This document shows, in pieces, positions 62,872 to 64,000 of a stretch of DNA of 64,000 bases. The stretch covers positions 263,832 to 327,831 of the forward strand of contig CAWJRG010000010.1 in assembly GCA_963845185.1 (NCBI GenBank). Direction: 5' to 3'. Each line of letters begins with the position of its first letter. Position 1 is the stretch's first letter. Position numbers and translations under genes: made by a program. Under the pieces are notes generated by a model that saw nothing but the letters and a program-made list of their open reading frames with translations, was not told the DNA's origin and did not search any database. This stretch comes from an uncultured bacterium (GTDB lineage Bacteria > Oederibacteriota > PGYV01 > CAWJRG01).

Positions 62872-63962
62872 CAGCGCGCAACACCAATTAGTTTCAAAAT
62901 CACTATCATTGCATCAGGCACAAAAAATGAAGATATGGCGCCTCCGAGTATTAACGCGCTTAATATGTAAATTATGTGCACTTTTTCGTTATAAATAATT
63001 TTCTCTTCTCTGTTTTTATACCGGCTTTTAAATCGCAGTTCCGTAATTTTCATATTTATGGCTTTCTGCGGGCATTTATCCATGCACACGCCGCAGCGCA
63101 CGCAATAATTTGATATTTCATAATTCTCGTTTATAGCGAACACAGGGCAGTTTATCGCGCATATTCCGCATTTTGTGCATTCTTCCTGGTTTATTTTTAT
63201 CCTGTAAGGATTGGCTTGCCCCGCTATGGATATAAACGCGCCGAACGGGCAAATAAAAGAGCAAAATGTCCTTTTTTTCATGATTAGCGGCAAAATAGCT
63301 AGAAAAATCAGGCCTATGGCGCAGAAAACAATTATCTGCAGTTTATATATTGTCATGTCGCCTTTGTTTAAAAAGGCTGTCGTAAGTTTAAGCGGGCACA
63401 CCCACATGCAGAACACAGGCTCGAAAAGCACTATCGACGCCAGCATCAAGAATATCCAGAATCCCAGCGGAAAATCTCGCAGACGCTGCGGCAAAAAATT
63501 AAATTTTAATCTTTGTTTCTTGAAAATTTTGCTCATTGCCTCGTCAATCCCGCCGTAAAAGCAGGCCCAGGAACAAAACCCCTGCCCGATACTTAACGTT
63601 GAAAAAACATATAATACCCCAAGCGTATAAAATCCCCATTTGTCCCAGCCGTAAAACACCGCGGATTTTATCTGGTCCCCCAGCGTGATAAGCAGGTTTG
63701 ACGCTATCGCGATATGGCAAAAAGGCACTTCCGGGACATTTGCCTGTTTCGCTATAAAAATATTTTGTGTCGCGCCCCACAGCCTGAATTTAAACACTAT
63801 TATAAAGCTTATTGCCGATGTGATAAAAAAAATACTGCGGTATTTCGATATTTCCCCGTTGTAAAAAATCAGGAAAGCAATAAGTCCGAGGAATAAAGCA
63901 TAGATTGTTTTTGCCGCGGTATATTCAATTCCGCGTTTTTCGGTAAGAAAGAATAAAACCAT
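62871..63962 (-). CDS. membrane-bound 4Fe-4S ferredoxin-type protein (NapH/MauN-like)
   Basis: 363 aa and polytopic, with CxxCxxCxxxCP motifs (CTKCGICAINCP and CVRCGVCMDKCP) and additional CxxxC pairs. Confidence 0.75.
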   Translation of the reverse strand: MVLFFLTEKRGIEYTAAKTIYALFLGLIAFLIFYNGEISKYRSIFFITSAISFIIVFKFRLWGATQNIFIAKQANVPEVPFCHIAIASNLLITLGDQIKSAVFYGWDKWGFYTLGVLYVFSTLSIGQGFCSWACFYGGIDEAMSKIFKKQRLKFNFLPQRLRDFPLGFWIFLMLASIVLFEPVFCMWVCPLKLTTAFLNKGDMTIYKLQIIVFCAIGLIFLAILPLIMKKRTFCSFICPFGAFISIAGQANPYRIKINQEECTKCGICAINCPVFAINENYEISNYCVRCGVCMDKCPQKAINMKITELRFKSRYKNREEKIIYNEKVHIIYILSALILGGAISSFFVPDAMIVILKLIGVAR

Positions 63963-64000
63963 AAAGAATACAAATAAAAAACCGGATAAAATTAAACTTT

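Overview
This is a 64-kb bacterial chromosome segment of low to moderate GC. It carries diderm-type envelope genes (HlyD adaptor, O-antigen-ligase-like, FecR-like). About 55 genes are present, and all but one (20354..22372) lie on the minus strand.

Housekeeping backbone:
- gatC-gatA-(small zinc-ribbon ORF)-gatB
- two GT-C-like membrane proteins, a cupin, and a Memo-like/Fe-ADH pair
- dinG
- a TetR-controlled ybhGFSR-like ABC-2 efflux operon
- an NHL lipoprotein, a Mut7-C RNase, lpd, an aldo/keto reductase, and typA
- a complete glycine-cleavage plus lipoylation cluster (gcvT-gcvH-gcvPA-gcvPB-lipoate ligase-lipA)
- proS, ispG-rseP-dxr, and cdsA-uppS-frr-pyrH-tsf-rpsB

Accessory content:
1. A type I R-M operon (hsdM..hsdR, 28138..37386) has its own near-consensus promoter. 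Two AT-rich non-canonical genes are embedded in it: an AbiTii-like protein and a 506-aa membrane-anchored protein. A DUF45/YgjP-like HExxH protein trails it.
2. A roughly 3.8-kb AT-rich insert splits the normally contiguous cdsA/dxr neighbourhood. It carries a double zinc-ribbon/MORN membrane protein, a frameshifted ParB-like gene and REP-like palindromes.

The most unusual signal not explained by genes is a family of five copies of a roughly 95-nt three-helix structured repeat. Its stems show compensatory substitutions. Four copies end within a few nucleotides of the Shine-Dalgarno site of an unrelated gene (gatC, cupin, Memo-like, gcvH); the fifth (B2) sits in tandem upstream of the cupin copy. 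I could not match it to any RNA family I know.

A second candidate RNA, a GC-clamped two-hairpin element abutting a bidirectional terminator, sits between proS and a BASS transporter gene.

No rRNA, tRNA, CRISPR array or transposase was found. All calls come from reading the sequence and the ORF translations. No database search was run.
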